Positions 25,234 through 39,110 of a stretch of 64,000 bases of DNA are shown piece after piece. How positions within the stretch are numbered: position 1 is the stretch's first letter; every line of letters begins with the position of its first letter. The notes beneath the pieces were generated by a model. That model was not told the DNA's origin, did no database searches, and worked only from the letters and a program-made list of their open reading frames with translations. Origin of the DNA: Hemiscyllium ocellatum. Its lineage: Eukaryota. The translations under genes and the position numbers were made by a program. Location: NCBI RefSeq assembly GCF_020745735.1, contig NC_083402.1:8508004-8572003 (forward strand), in the 5' to 3' direction.

Positions 25234-25617
25234 CTTCCACTTCCAGACCTGTTCCTCTCCGAGTTCCAAACTTGCCAATATTGAGCTCCACACGACACCG
25301 ATAGGAACCAGCATCCTCCTGGCTCAGTCCCTCCATCATTATTGAGAGATCGTTGTTGCTGAAGTTCCCCACAAATCTGAATCGATTCCCACCGTCCCGC
25401 TGTCTCACATTCTCACACAGCTCACCCTGGGAATGGTCTGGACCGGGATATGGACACTTAAAGATTTCACCTTTTTTAAATTTTTTCCATATGACAGAGC
25501 CGGTGAGTGTGAGGTGAGTGTCAGGGTGGGTGAAGCTGCAGGGTAAGACAGTGAAGCTTCCTTCCTCAGCCCTCACATCATCTGCGATTGTCATTGACCA
25601 ACCCTTATTAGAAACCA
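25234..25617 (-). CDS. Exon 2: Ig V-set domain 1, Siglec-15-like (WSM..VLPCSFTHP..IFKC..ELC..RFRFVGN..NDLS..YRCRVE)
   Basis: 384 nt, phase 1-1. Long (TC)n/C polypyrimidine tract ending in CAG; donor AAG|GTGAG. Canonical V-set B-strand Cys, C-strand Trp and DxGxYxC, plus an extra Cys pair and the F-strand Arg. Motif order matches my recollection of the Siglec-15 V domain. Confidence 0.92.
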
Positions 25618-26009
25618 CTGTGAAGTGGGGGGGGGGAGAGAGAGAGAGGATATGAACACAGCACAGGGACAGACAACAATGTTTTCAGAAAATAAATTGT
25701 AAAACTATGGCTGAAATCTTTTGAGGAATATCATTCACTTTGGCAGTGCTGTTCTCTGGCTCAGACTTCTAATCTCAGCCTCATCAAAAATACAGAGTAT
25801 AACTTAAATCAAAGCTTTCCTTTAGAGCACTGGATCACACAAACCGCTCCACCTATTTACAGCTCTGGCCAGGGACTTAAGTTTCATTCACAAACACACT
25901 GAAAATCTTTGAGACATTTGAATGGCTTCTGAGGGTGTTTACAAATGAGTGCACAGATGAATATATAGCTATTGAAGTGGGTAGAGTAAATGTGTGAAGT
26001 GGGCAAGGA

Positions 26010-28130
26010 GGTAAGTTGGCTGGAGTTAATGGGTCGTGCGCCATTCAGTAGGGGGGCAGTTGGTAGCATTACCCAGCAGCAACAAGGGTGAGATTGCAAT
26101 TTGGAAATGTGAGGCTATCAGCATGATGGGAGCAACAAGGGAGCTAACATAAGGAGGAAAAATATATTAAGGAGCGAAATTCATGAAGGGAAGGTTGGGA
26201 GGGTGTAGAGGGAATTGCATGATGGAGTCCAATCAGGTCAGGTGGAGTCAGATGTTGTCACACATAGTGAGGGAGGTTAAATAAATGATTAAAAAAAAAA
26301 TCCCCAAGGGAAGAGTAACCAAAACATCATAGAATTTACCATTCAGTTTGAGAATGAGAAACTGTGCTAACGTTAAATAAGAGTACTTATATGGGAATAG
26401 GGCAGAGTTGGTGGGAGTGGATGCAGAAAGTAATTTAGCAGAAAAGATGATTGAGAAACAATAACAGGTGTTTAAAAACATTGCTCATGACCAACAATAA
26501 AGATATCCCCAGTGAAAAAGAAGGATTCTAGAAAGCTTACTGTTATTGTTGGCAGGTTGGATAAAGGAAAACCCAAAAGCTTTCTGTAGGCATATCAGGA
26601 ATAAAAGAATGACTAGAGAAAGATAAGGGCCAATCAAGGAATGTTGTGTATGGAGTCCGAGGAGATGGAGAAGTGCTAAATGACTAGGTTTTGTCAGTTT
26701 CACACTGGAAAAAGAAAATGTTGTTGAGGAGAATACTGAGATACAGGCTACTAGACTAGATGGCATTGACATTCACAAAGAGGAGATGTTAGTAATTCTG
26801 GAAAGTGTGAAAATAGATAAGTCCCCTGGGACAGATGGAATTTATCCTAGGATTCTCTGGGAAGGAGATTGCAGAGCCTTTGATTTTGACCTTTATGTCG
26901 CCATTGTCTACAGGAATAGTGCCAGAAGACTGGAGGATAGCAAATGTTGTCCCCCTGTTCAAGAAGGGGAGTAGAGACAACCCTGGTAATTATAGGCCAG
27001 TGAGCCTTTCTTCAGTTGTTGGTAAAGTGTTGGAAAGGTTTATAAGAGATCAGATTTATAATCATCTAGAGAGGAATATGTTGATTATGGATAGTCAACA
27101 CAGATTTGTGAAGGGTAAGTCATGCCTCACAAACCTTATTGAGTTCTTTGAGAAGGTGGATGAGGGTAAAGCAGTTGATGTGGTGTATATGGATTTCAGT
27201 AAGGTATTTAATAAGGTTCCCCACAGTAGACGATTGTACAAAATACAGATGCATGTGATTGAGGGTGATTTAGCGGCTTGGATCAGAACTTGGCTAGCTG
27301 AAAGAAGACAGAGGGTGATGGTTGATGGGAAATATTCATCCTGGAGTTCAGTTTCTAGTGGTGTACCACAAGTATCTGTTGTGGGGCTACTGCTGTTTGT
27401 CATTTTTATAAATTATCTGGATGAGGGTGTAGAAGGATGGGTTAGTAGATTTGTGGATGACACAAAGATTAGTGGAGTTGTGGACAGTACTGAAGGATTG
27501 GGATAAGCTGCAGACCTGTGCTGAGAGGTGGCAAATGGAATTTAATGCGGAAAAGTGCGAGGTGAATCAGTTTGGAAGGAGGAACAGGAATAAAGAATAA
27601 AGGTCTAATGGTAAGATTCTTGGTAGTGCAGATGAGCAAAGAGATCTCGATGTCCATGTACATAGATTCCTGAAAGTGGCCGCCCAGGTTGATTGGGTTT
27701 ATGGAGGAAAGGTCTTATGAGGAAAGGCTGAGGGACTTGAAGCTGAGTTTGTTAGAGAATAGAAGGTTGAGAGGTGACTTAATCGAGACATACAAGATAA
27801 GAATTAGGTTAGATAGGGTGGACAGTGAGAGCCTTTTTCCTCGGATGGTGATGGCTAGCGCGAGGGGACATAGCTTTAAATTGAGGGGTGATAGATACAG
27901 GACAGATGTCAGAGATAGTTTTTTACTCAGAGAGTGGTAGGAGGCATGGATCGCATTGCCAGCAACAATAGTAGAATTGCTAACTTTAAGGGCATTTAAA
28001 TGGTCATTGGATAGACATATGGACGAAAATGGAATAGTGTCAGATAGGTGGGCTTCAGATTGGTTTGACAGGTTGGTGCAACATCGAGGGCCGAAGGGCC
28101 TGTACTGTGCTCTAATGTTCTATGTTCTAT
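26010..28130 (+). mobile_element. CR1 LINE ORF2 remnant (RT)
   Basis: ORF 26835-27506 has DWRIANVVPLFKKG..NYRPVSL..GVPQ..FVDD. Tail (TTCTATG)n. Confidence 0.9.
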
Positions 28131-30379
28131 GTTAACCAGGGAAGTTATGCATAATATCAAATTGAAAGAAAAAAGATACAATGTGGAAAAGATTAATTTT
28201 AAATCTCAGGATTGGCAAAGTGTTAAAAGCCAACAAAAGATAATCAAAAGAAATATAGGGAGAGAGAAAATAAACTATGAAAGCAGGCTAGCAAGTAACA
28301 TCAACACAGACAGTAAGAGCTTCTTTAAGTATATACAAAGGAAGAGAGAGTCAATGTGAACTTAGGCCCCTTAGATGACTATGGTGGGGAAATAGTAATG
28401 GAGAACTAGGAAGTGGCAAAAGAGTAGAACTTTAATCTCCACAGACAGTAATAGCATTCCAAAACTATAACAACTATGCTTAGAGAAAAATATATTTGAG
28501 AAACTGAGTCTCAAGACCTATTTATCTCCTGGACCTTTTTTTAAAATTCCTTCAGAGGATGAGGATGTCACTGGCTAGGCCAGCATTTATTGCCCATCCT
28601 TAGTAGCCCAGTGGGCAGCTCAGCATGAACCACATTGCTGTGGATCTGAAGTCACATGTAGGCCAGACCAGGTAAGGATGGCAGTTTCCTTCCCTAAACA
28701 ACATTGGTGAACCAGATGGGTCTTTCAGACAATTAGCAATGTATTCATGTTCATAATTAGAGAGTCTTCATTCCAGACTTTCTTCGCTGAATTCAAATTC
28801 CATCATCCGCCATAAGACAATCCACCAACTAGGTAATTGCCTCCTAATGGGTTGCATCCAAAACATTTTAGCTAAAGTAACTGCAGAGACAGGTACAGAT
28901 AGTAATCCTTCAAGAATCTTAAGATTCTTGAACTGTCCCAGAGGTTTGGGCTACCACTAATGTAAAACATTTATACAAGGAGTGATGGAGAAAAACAATC
29001 AGGTAACCAAAGATCAGGAAGCTTAATGTCTGTTTTTGGGAATATGTCAGAGTATTATGAAGTATGTAATAGTGTGTTATCAACAAGCAGAGTCAACATG
29101 GCTTCATGAAGGGAAAATCTGATTTTTTTTAAGGAGGTAACAAGCAGCATAGATAAAGGAGAAGCAGTGGATATAATATATTGGGATTTCCAAAAGACAT
29201 CCATTACCAAGGTAACAGATGATCCCATAATGTTGGCATTGGTATACCAGCATGGGTAGAGGATTGGCTAACTAATTGAAGACAGAGAATTGATGAAACA
29301 GTATTTTTAGAATAGCAAACTGTAACTAGTGGAGAGCCCCAGGGAAGATAAGAACAGGAGGAGATCATTTAGCCCCTTGAGTCTGCACCGTCACCCAATG
29401 TGAACATGCCTGATCTATGGCATAATTCCATATGTCTGCCATTCCTCATATCCCTTGATACCTCTGCTGAACAAAACATCATCTATCTCAGATTTAAAAT
29501 TGATAACTGATTGATTGGCTACTGCCATTTGTGGAAGAGAGTTCCAAACAACTACCGTCCTTTGTCTATAGAAGTGCTTTCTATGATCCCTCACAAACAG
29601 TCTGGCTTTAACTTTCAGATGTGTCCCCATTTCTAGAATCTCCCACCAGTGGAAACAGTTTATCTTTATCTACCATGTTTTTTTTTTGTTAATATCTTGA
29701 CAACTATGATTAGATCACTTCTAAATTCTAGAGAAAACAGAAAAAATTGTATAATTTCCCAGTATTTGGCCCATATCCCTCTAAACCCTTCTTATTCAAA
29801 TACCCATCCAGATGCCTGTTAAAGGTTATAATTGTACCAGCCTCCACCCACCTCTCCTCTGGCAGCTCATTCCATACACACACCACCCTCTGCATGAGAA
29901 CGTTGTCCATTAGGTCCCTTTTAAATCTTTCTCCTCTCACCTTAAATCTATGCTCTCTAGTTCTGAACTCCATTACGCTGGGGAAAAGACCTTGACTAGC
30001 CACCCTATCTATGCCCCTCATGATTTTATAAACCCCTATAGGGTCACCCCTCAGCCTCCAACACTAGGGAAAACAGCCCCAAATTATTCAGCCTCTCCCG
30101 AGAGCTCAAACCCTCCAAACCTGGCAACATTCTTGGAAAGCATGGCACTGGAAAAAATATAGCAGGTCAGACAGCATCTCAGGAGCAAGCCAGTCCTGAA
30201 GAAGGGTTGTGCCAGAAGCATCGATTCTCTTGCTCCTCAGATTCTGCCTGATCTGCTATGCTTTTTCTAGTGCTACACTTTATCATCTCTGACTCTCCAG
30301 CATCTATTGTCCTCACTTTCTGCTAATATCCTTGTAAATCTTTTCTGAATCCTTTCGAGTTTCACAATATCTTTCCTAT

Positions 30380-31915
30380 TGATGTAGGTTTGCTCGCTAA
30401 GCTGGAAGGTTTATGTTCAGACGCTTCATCACCATACTAGGTAACATCTTCAGTGAGCCTCTGCTGATAATTCCTGCTACTTATTTATATGTTTCTTTGG
30501 GTTGGTGATGACATTTCCTATGGTGATGTCATTTCCTGTTCTTTTTCTCGGGGGGGGTGGTAAATCGGGTCCAAGTCAATATGTTTGTTGATAGGGTTCC
30601 GGTTGGAATATCATGCTTCTAGGCATTCTTGTGTATGTCTCTGTTTGGCTTGTCCAAGAATGGATGTGTTGTCCCTGTGGATGTGTGTCCTTCCTCATCT
30701 GTATGTAAGGATATTAGTGAGAGAGGGTCATGTTGTTTTGTGGCTAGTTGATGTTCATGTATCCTGGTGGCTAGTTTTCTGCCTGTTTGTCCAATGTAGT
30801 GTTTGTTACAGTCTTTGCACAATATTTTGTAAATGACATTAGTTTTGCTTGTTGTTTGTCTAGGGTCTTTCAAGTTCATTAGCTGCTGTTTTAGTGCGTT
30901 GGTGGGTTTGTGGGCTACCATGATGATAAGGGGTCGAGTAGTCTGGCAGTCATTTCCAAGATGTTTTTGATGTAGGGAAGAGTAGCGGGGGTTTTTACAT
31001 CAACATTAACCTGGCCAAGGAAACACTGACCCAAAGACCCTATTAGAATACCCAAAGACACACACACCAAACACCACCAACTTCATCAGCAAGGAGAATA
31101 TGGTCAAGCAAATGGACCTATGTCTTACCACCCACTTCATCTTCAACAACAAAACCTACAGACAAACCAACAGAACACCTAGCAACAGAACAACTCAGCA
31201 ACAAACCCAAACAAGCAGACAAAACACGCCCAGAAACCCTAGCCACTCTCCCCTACACCAAACACATCTCAGAAATGACTGCCAGACTACTCAGACCCCT
31301 TGGCATTATGGTAGCCCACAAACCCACCAACACACTAAAACAGCAGCTAATGAACTTGAAAGACCCTATACAGAAAACAAGCAAAACTAATGTCATTTAC
31401 AAAATACCGTACAAGAACTGTAACAAACACTACATTGGACAAACAGGCAGAAAACTAGCCACCAGGATACATGAACATCAACTAGCCACAAAACGACATG
31501 ACCCACTCTCACTATTATCCTCACATACAGATGAGGAAGGACACCACTTCGACTGGGACAACACATCCATCCAAGGACAATCCAGACAGAGACATTCATG
31601 AGAATCCCTAGAAGCATGGCATTCCAACCAGAACTCTATCAACAAACACATTGACTTGGTCCCGATTTACCAACCCCCGAAAAAAACAGGAAATGACATC
31701 ACCATATGAAATGACATCACCAAAGGAAATGACATCACCAACCCAAAGAAACCCAAACATATGAGTAGGAAATATGAATCATCAGCAATACTTCATCCAG
31801 AGGCTCACTGAGGATGTTACCTAGTATGGTGGTGAAACATCTGAACATAAACCTTCCAGGTCAGCAAGGAAACCTACATCCAGAACCTTAACCTGAACTA
31901 CAAATCTTCTCAAAC
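30380..31915. mobile_element. Third PLE family as an inverted pair (minus about 30380-30990, plus about 31000-31915) with GIY-YIG
   Basis: ORFs 30619-30921(-) and 31275-31601(+) both read NVIYKI..C..YIGQTGRKLATRIHEH. Degenerate hammerhead cores at both outer ends. Confidence 0.85.
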
Positions 31916-33380
31916 TCTCTAATATCTTTCCTATAGCCAGGAGACCAGAATTGAATGCACTATTTCAATAATCGGCTAACCAATGTCCTATAAAGCCACA
32001 ACATGGCCTCCCAACCACTATGCTCAATACATTGACCAATAAAGGCAAGCATACCAAAGGCCTTCTTCGCTATCCTGTCTATCTGTGACTCTACTTTCTA
32101 GGCACTATGAACCTTCACTCTAAGGTGTCTTTGTTGAATAACACTCCCAAAGACTTTACTATTAAATATAAAAGTCCTGACCTGATTTGTCTTTCAAAAA
32201 TGCAGCACCTCACATTTATCTAAATTAAACTCCATCCGCACTCTAGATCAAGGTCCTGTTGTACTCTGGGGTAACCTTCTTGGCTGTCCACTATACCTCC
32301 AATTTTGGTGCCCATAGAATCATATAGTGTAGAAACAGATCATTCAGTGCAACAAGCCCACACCAACTTTCCAAAGAGCATCACAAGTAGACTCAGCACC
32401 CCCCCCCCCCCCCCCCAAACTACAACCCTGCATTTCCCACAGCTAATCCACCTAACCTACACATCCTTGGACACTACAGGGCAATTTAGCATGGCCAATC
32501 CACCCAATCTGCACATCTTTTGACAGTGGGAGCACCCAGAGGAAACCCACACAGACACAGGGAGAATGTGCAAACTTCACACAGACAATCGCCCAAGGCT
32601 GGAATTGAACCCAGGACCCTGGCGTTGTGAGGAAACAGTGCTAACCACTGAGCCTCCCTGACACCCCTGCATGCTTCCTCATCATTCCTCCTATATTCAC
32701 ATCCAAATCATTTATGTAAATGACAAAAAGCAATGGACCCAGTACTGATCCTTGAGGCACACGACTGGTCACAGGCCTCCAGTCTGAAAAGCAACCCTCC
32801 ACCACTACTCTCTATCTCCTACCTTTGAGCCAGTTCTGGATCCAAATGGTTAGCTCACCCTGTATTTGATGTGATCTAACCTTGTTAAATAGTCTACCAT
32901 GCAAAATCTTATTGAAAGCCTTACTAGACTCCATATAGATCACATCTCCTCTCTGCCCTCATCAATCCTCTTCATTACTTCTTCGAAAAATCTCAATTAA
33001 GTTCATGAGACATGATTTCCCATGTGTAAAGCCTACTGACTGTCCCTAATCAGTTTTTGCCTTTCGAAATACATGTAAATTCTGTCCATCAGGATCCCTC
33101 CAACAATTTGCCCACCATTGATAATAGACTCACTGGTCTAAGTTCTTAGCTTTTCCTTACCGTTTTTCTTAAATAGTGGTACCACGTTAGCCAAACTCCA
33201 GTGTTCCGGCACTTCATTGGGGCTATCGATAATACAAATATCTCAGCGAGGGGACCAGTAATCACTTCCTTAGTTTCCCACAGAGTTCTAGGGTACACCT
33301 GATCAGGTCCTGGAAATGTATCCACTTTTATGCATTTTAAGACATCCAGCATCTCCTCCTCTCTACTACAGACATTTGTA
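31915..33380 (-). mobile_element. CR1 LINE remnant with a nested V-SINE (about 32310-32655)
   Basis: RT-like sequence (PGPDQVYPRTLWE) in reverse orientation. Confidence 0.75.
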
Positions 33381-34902
33381 CCCATAACATGGGCCTTTTA
33401 TCGCTACCAACAGAGTTCAGCATTTTGGAAAAATAAAGTGCTTTGAAAAAAATCAACACCCTATGTGGGACCCCAGGCATCTTGGATTAAGATCTTCATT
33501 ATCTGTCAAATGAACAAACCTGTGCTGTGCAGAAATTAGGGTTTATACAGAAACATAGAAACTAAGAAGAGAGTAGGCCATTTGACCCTTCAAACCTGCT
33601 TATCATTGAATATGATCATAGCTAATGCTCTATTTCACTTCTGTCTTCCTGCTTTCTCCCCGTATCACTTAGTACTTTTAAAGCCCCAAAAAATGTATTT
33701 CTTTCTTAATTTTATACAGTGTCTTGGCCTCCACAGTCTCTTGTGGTGGAGAATTCTACAGATTCACTACTCTTTGAATGAAGAAATGCTTGCTCAGCTT
33801 AGTTCAAATTGGTCTACGCCATATCCCGAGACTGAGCCCCCTTATCTACATTTATTTTGGCAGTAGTCTGAGAATCAGAAGTCAATATTCAAGAGAAATT
33901 GCAAGAATATTTGAGAGACAGATGGCACAAGAGTATGAAATAAATGGGATCAGAGAAAGAATAAAAATAATAAATACAAGGTTACTGTCTGTGTAGTTGA
34001 ATGCATGGATTGTAGTAAATAAGATCAGTGAGTAACCATTGTAGATATCCATGTGGAAATGTGATGTAGTGGTGAATACAGAGTCCTGGTTCAAAGATGA
34101 GACAGAATAAAGTATTAAATATTCTTCAATAGAATACATCCAGGAAAGATCAAGTTAGGGAAGTTATGAAAACAGGAGGTGTGGGCAGTATTGTTCAAGG
34201 AAAACATTGCAGCGCTAGAGAGAGATGATGTCGCAGAGAGGTCAAGGAAAAAAATTGACTCCGCTAGAACTAATGAACAAAAATGTGCAATTACATCGTC
34301 CAATGTAATTTATCAGCGACCAACTCATAAGAAAGTTGAAGAGGTACACACTTGTAAGGAAATTGCGGAAGAGTGCAAGAATTCTAGGATTATAGTAATG
34401 GTGAGGGACCTAATATTCAAATATAAACTGGGATGTATACAGGGGATAAAAGGGCAGGAATTCCCTTAGGGCTTTCAGAAGAACGTTCTACATTGGTATA
34501 TGTTTAATCCAATAGGAAAACAGGCATCGCTGGACTAGTTCTTGAGATTGAGGTGGATTAGGTGAATCAGGAAACAGTTGGAAACATTTCGAAAACAGTG
34601 GTCATTATTTAGTAGGGTTTAGGTTAGCTATGGAAAGGTCGGAGGAGCAAGTAATTCTGATTAAGAGTAACCAGTTGGGGGATGTAAACTAATGAAGTGA
34701 AATCAATCTGGTCTACATAAAGTGCATTTAAAGATTGGTAAACTAAACTGTAACTAACAACAGGCCAGCTGTCAACGAGGAGGTAACTTAAGTACAGTTC
34801 TCTTGAGGGGAAATGTTTGGACAAATAAATGCAGAGCTCTTTGAATAGAGAAAGAGGTACAAGTTTAGCGAATGCTGATTTAAGGTGGCTGCCAAAAAAA
34901 AA

Positions 34903-35210
34903 GATTAGAGATTAGAGTACTTACAGTGTGGAAACAGGCCCTTTGGCCCAACAAGTCCACACCGACCCTCCGAAGAGCAACCCATCCAGACCCATTCCCC
35001 TACATTTCCCCTTCACCAAACACTACGGGCAATTTAGCATGGCCAATTCACCTAACCTGCACATTTTTGGACTGTGAAAGGAAACTGAAGCACCCGGAGG
35101 AAACCCACGCAGACATGGGGAGAATGTGTAAACTCCACACAGACAGTTGCCGGAGGTGGGAATTGAACCCAAGTCTCTGGCGCTGTGAGGCAGCAGTGCT
35201 AACAACCATG
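34903..35210 (-). mobile_element. V-SINE
   Basis: Similarity to other copies. Confidence 0.8.
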
Positions 35211-35479
35211 TCGCCCATTAAAAGATAAAGAAAAAAATGATCCAATGAATAGCTAACATTTTGAATGCATGATTTGGAGACGCTGGTGTTGGACTGGGGT
35301 GTACCAAGTTAAAAATCACATAACACCAGGTTAAAGTCCAACAGGTTTATTTGGAAGCACTAGCTTTCGGAGTGCTGCTCCTTCATCAGGTGGTTGTGAA
35401 ATGTTGATAGATTAATCACTGATTTTGCGCATTTAGTCTTTTACATATGATTGAAATCCTTTATCTTCTGTTTCCCTTT

Positions 35480-37290
35480 GATGGACGTTAAACATTACCA
35501 AGGGTAATGGATGAACTGAAGGGAATTTATATGAGGCAGGAAATGGCATTGGATAGACTGTTAGGTCTGAAGGCTGATAAGTCTCCGGGATCTGATGGTC
35601 TGCATCCCAGGGTACTGAAGAAGGTAGCTCTCGAAATCAGGGATGTATTGGTAATCATTTTCCAATGTTCTATAGATTCAGGATCAGACCACCTGCAGAT
35701 TGGAGGGTGGCTAATGTTGTACCACTTTTCAAGAAAGGAGGGAGAGAGAAAACAGGGAATTATAGACCAGTTAGCCTGACGTCAGTGGTGGGCAAGATGC
35801 TGGAGTCAATTATAAAAGATGAAATTATGACACATTTGGATAGCAGTAACAGGATAGGTCAGAGTCAGCATGGATTTATGATGGGGAAATCATGTTTGAC
35901 TAATCTTCTGGAATTTTGTGAGGACGTAACTATGAAGATGGACAAGGGAGAGCCAGTGCTTATAGTGTACCTGGACTTTCAGAAAGCCTTTGATAAAGGC
36001 CTACATAGGAGATTAAAGAGCAAAATTAGGGCACACGGTATTGGGGGTAAAATACTGACTTGGATTGAAAATTGGCTGGCTGGCAGGAAGCAAAGAGTAG
36101 TGATAAACGGGTCCCTTTTGGAATGGCAGGCGGTGACCAGTGGGGTATCACAAGGTTCGGTGCTGGGACCGCAGCTGTTTACAATATACATTAATGATAT
36201 AGATGAAGGTATGAAAAGTAATATTAGCAAATTTGCTGATGACACAAAGCTGGATGGCAGGGTAAAATGTGAGGAGGATACTATGAGAATACAGGGTGAC
36301 TTGGACAGGCTAGGTGAGTGGACGAATGCATGGCAGATGCAGTTTAATGTGGATAAATGTATGGTTATCCACTTTGGTGGCAAGAACAGGAAGGCAGATT
36401 GCTACCTAAATGTAGTCAAGTTAGGTAAAGGGGCAATACAAAGAGATCTGGGTGTTCTTGTACATTAGTCAATGAAAGCAAGCATGCAGGTACAGCAGGC
36501 AGTGAGGAAAGCTAATGACATGCTGGTCTTCATAACAAGAGGGATTGAGTATAAGAGCAAAGAGGTCCTTCAGCTGTACAGGGCCCTGGTGAGACTGCAC
36601 CTGGAGTATCGTGTGCAGTTTTGATCTCCAAATTTGAGGAAGGACGTTCTGACTATTGAGGGAGTGCAGGGTAGGTTCATGAGGTCAAATCCCGGAATGG
36701 CAGGACTATCATATGTTGAAAGATTGGAGCAACTGTTCCCTGATGAAGGGCTTATGCTCGAAACGTCGAATTCTCTATTCCTGAGATGCTGCCTAACCTG
36801 CTGTGCTTTGACCAGCAACACATTTGCAGCTGCGATCTCCAGCATCTGCAGACCTCATTTTTTACTCGAAGATTGGAGCAACTGGGCTTGTATAGACTTG
36901 AGTTTAGAAGAAGGAGCGGGGATCTGATTGAGACATATAAGGTTATTAAAGGATTGGACACTTTGGAGGCAAGAAGCATATTTTTGTGGATAGGTAAGTC
37001 CAGAGGACACTGTTTAAAAATAAAGGGTAGGCCTTTTATAACAGAGTTGAGGAAAACTTCTTCACCCAGACAGTGATGGGTGTATGGAATGCTCTGCCCC
37101 GGAAGGTAGTGGAGGCCAAGTCCACTTTCAAGGAAGAGATGGATAGAGCTCTTAAAGATAGTGGAATCAAGGATTATGGGGATAAGGCAGGAACAGGATA
37201 CTGATTGAGGATGATCAGTCATGATCATAATGAATGGTGGTGCTGGCTCGAAGGGCAGAATGGCCTACTCCTGCACCTATTGTCTATTGA
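35480..37290 (+). mobile_element. CR1 LINE ORF2 remnant interrupted by a PLE end (36736-36868, 16-bp TSD)
   Basis: ORF 35665-36468 has RT motifs (YLDFQKAFDK, GVSQGSVLGP, KFADD). aagattggagcaactg at 36720-36735 and 36869-36884. Confidence 0.9.
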
Positions 37291-37849
37291 CTACCATCAA
37301 AGGGAAGCAGAAGATAAAGCATTTCAACCATATGTAAGAGACTAGTGGCCAAAATCAATGATTAAATTATCACCATTTCACAATCTACTTTTCATAAAAA
37401 CTCAGGGAGACTTTAATCGTTTATCTTCCTTTTTGATTCACTTGTTATTCCTAAGCTGTATTTAAGTATATTGCATTATTAATTCTTTTTCAAATTTACG
37501 TAATGAATAAATTCACTCTTTTAAATCAAGAAAACTTTGTGAAATTGGTCTCGTTGAGAGTATACATTAATTTAATCGGGGGCAGGGGAAAGGTATCTAC
37601 AAGAGATGGATTTTCTTCAATTAACCTATTGAAACCAACTGAGGAGGCAGTGAATAAGGAAGAGCAGCCGGTTCATCCCTCCTCACCCAGGACGTTAAGG
37701 ATTTGGAATATCCTTCAATAACTGTAATAACTAGGGATATGTCACCTGGGGTCTGATCGTAAAAGATTTGAGGTTCTGATCATGAATCCACAGATTAAAT
37801 AAAAGAATTAGACTGGTAAATTGCCATATTAAAACTCCAAAAGGCTTTC

Positions 37850-39110
37850 TTGAGTTTGCGTTGCCACGGTATAGATTTGTCTGCATTCAATGCTGAAACA
37901 TTACTTGCAGAATTAGGGGATGTTACACATAAGGATTCAAATGATCTGCCAAGGCATTTTTTGCCTGGGATCTGACTTGTGGATTAAAAGCATCAGCTGA
38001 GGTAAAACATTTGATAGCAGCACAACGAGCTAACACATTGTTAAAAACACTAGCTCACACTGAAGCTGAGGCAGAAACAGTCCCTGAATACCACTACATT
38101 ATAAATGAGGTACTGCTGAGGAAAGGAAACCAGCCCCTCATTGACTTTCAGACAAGGAATGGACAGTGATCCAACAGGAGGTCATGCTTTCAAGGTGGCT
38201 GATGGGAAATATTCCAGCTAGCATACGCGATTCTGATAGCTGGGCATGTCAGTATGTGCAAAGCCCTAGCCCACATTAACCAGCATTTGTGCTGGCCAGA
38301 GCTCCGCAAAGCAAGGTTTTTTGCAGAATTTGCCACATGTGCAAGATTGTGAGTAAGGCCCAACCTACATTTCTGATTCTCGTGCCAGGTTTTGGGAACC
38401 ATTTAGTAAGGTGTAATGTACTGTGTGGGACTGCTTCCCAAAACAAAAAAGGATTATCAGTACATTCTCATTGTTATGGACGTGGCTATCCTTCTCCGAA
38501 AGACTGTTTCCCTCGGAACCATATTTGCCAAAATAATAGCAAGCATGTTGGTCCAATCCTTCTCCCAAGTGTGGCCTACCCACCAAGATCCAGTCAGATC
38601 AGAGCTCACATTTCATGTTCAAAATATTCCAGAATGGTTTGAAAACATAGAAGATAACATGTGTCTGATCCAGTGGAGGTCTTCAGCATGTTACCTTCAG
38701 AGGAACTCCTGAGAATGGCTGTCACCAGCATGGTAAATGTCCTGGGAACACTATCTCCCAAATACCAAAGAAACAAAAATCAGATAAACACACCAGGGGC
38801 CCAAACCTTTCAGCCAGGAGACTATGTGTTAATGCTCCTACAAACACCAGATTAATCCTTAAAGGCCTGACTCAATGGACTGGATGGAGTAGCAATAAAG
38901 CTCAGGGAAATGAATTGTTGGATTGAGACCTCAGATCATAGAAAAGTGCAAAATCTGTATCATGTCAACATGCTAAAGCAACACAACCAGCAAGCAGATA
39001 ACGATCTGCTCCAATGCCACTGAGCTAGCAACCAAGGGTAGAAGCAGGGATAAATTAGAGACCCCATGGAACCAGAAATACTGGCAAATCTAGACTCTTT
39101 ATTCAACCAC
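37850..39110 (+). mobile_element. Decayed Gypsy pol (integrase region)
   Basis: HINQHLCWP..CHMCKIV zinc-finger-like and YQYILIVMD motifs across broken frames. Confidence 0.55.
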
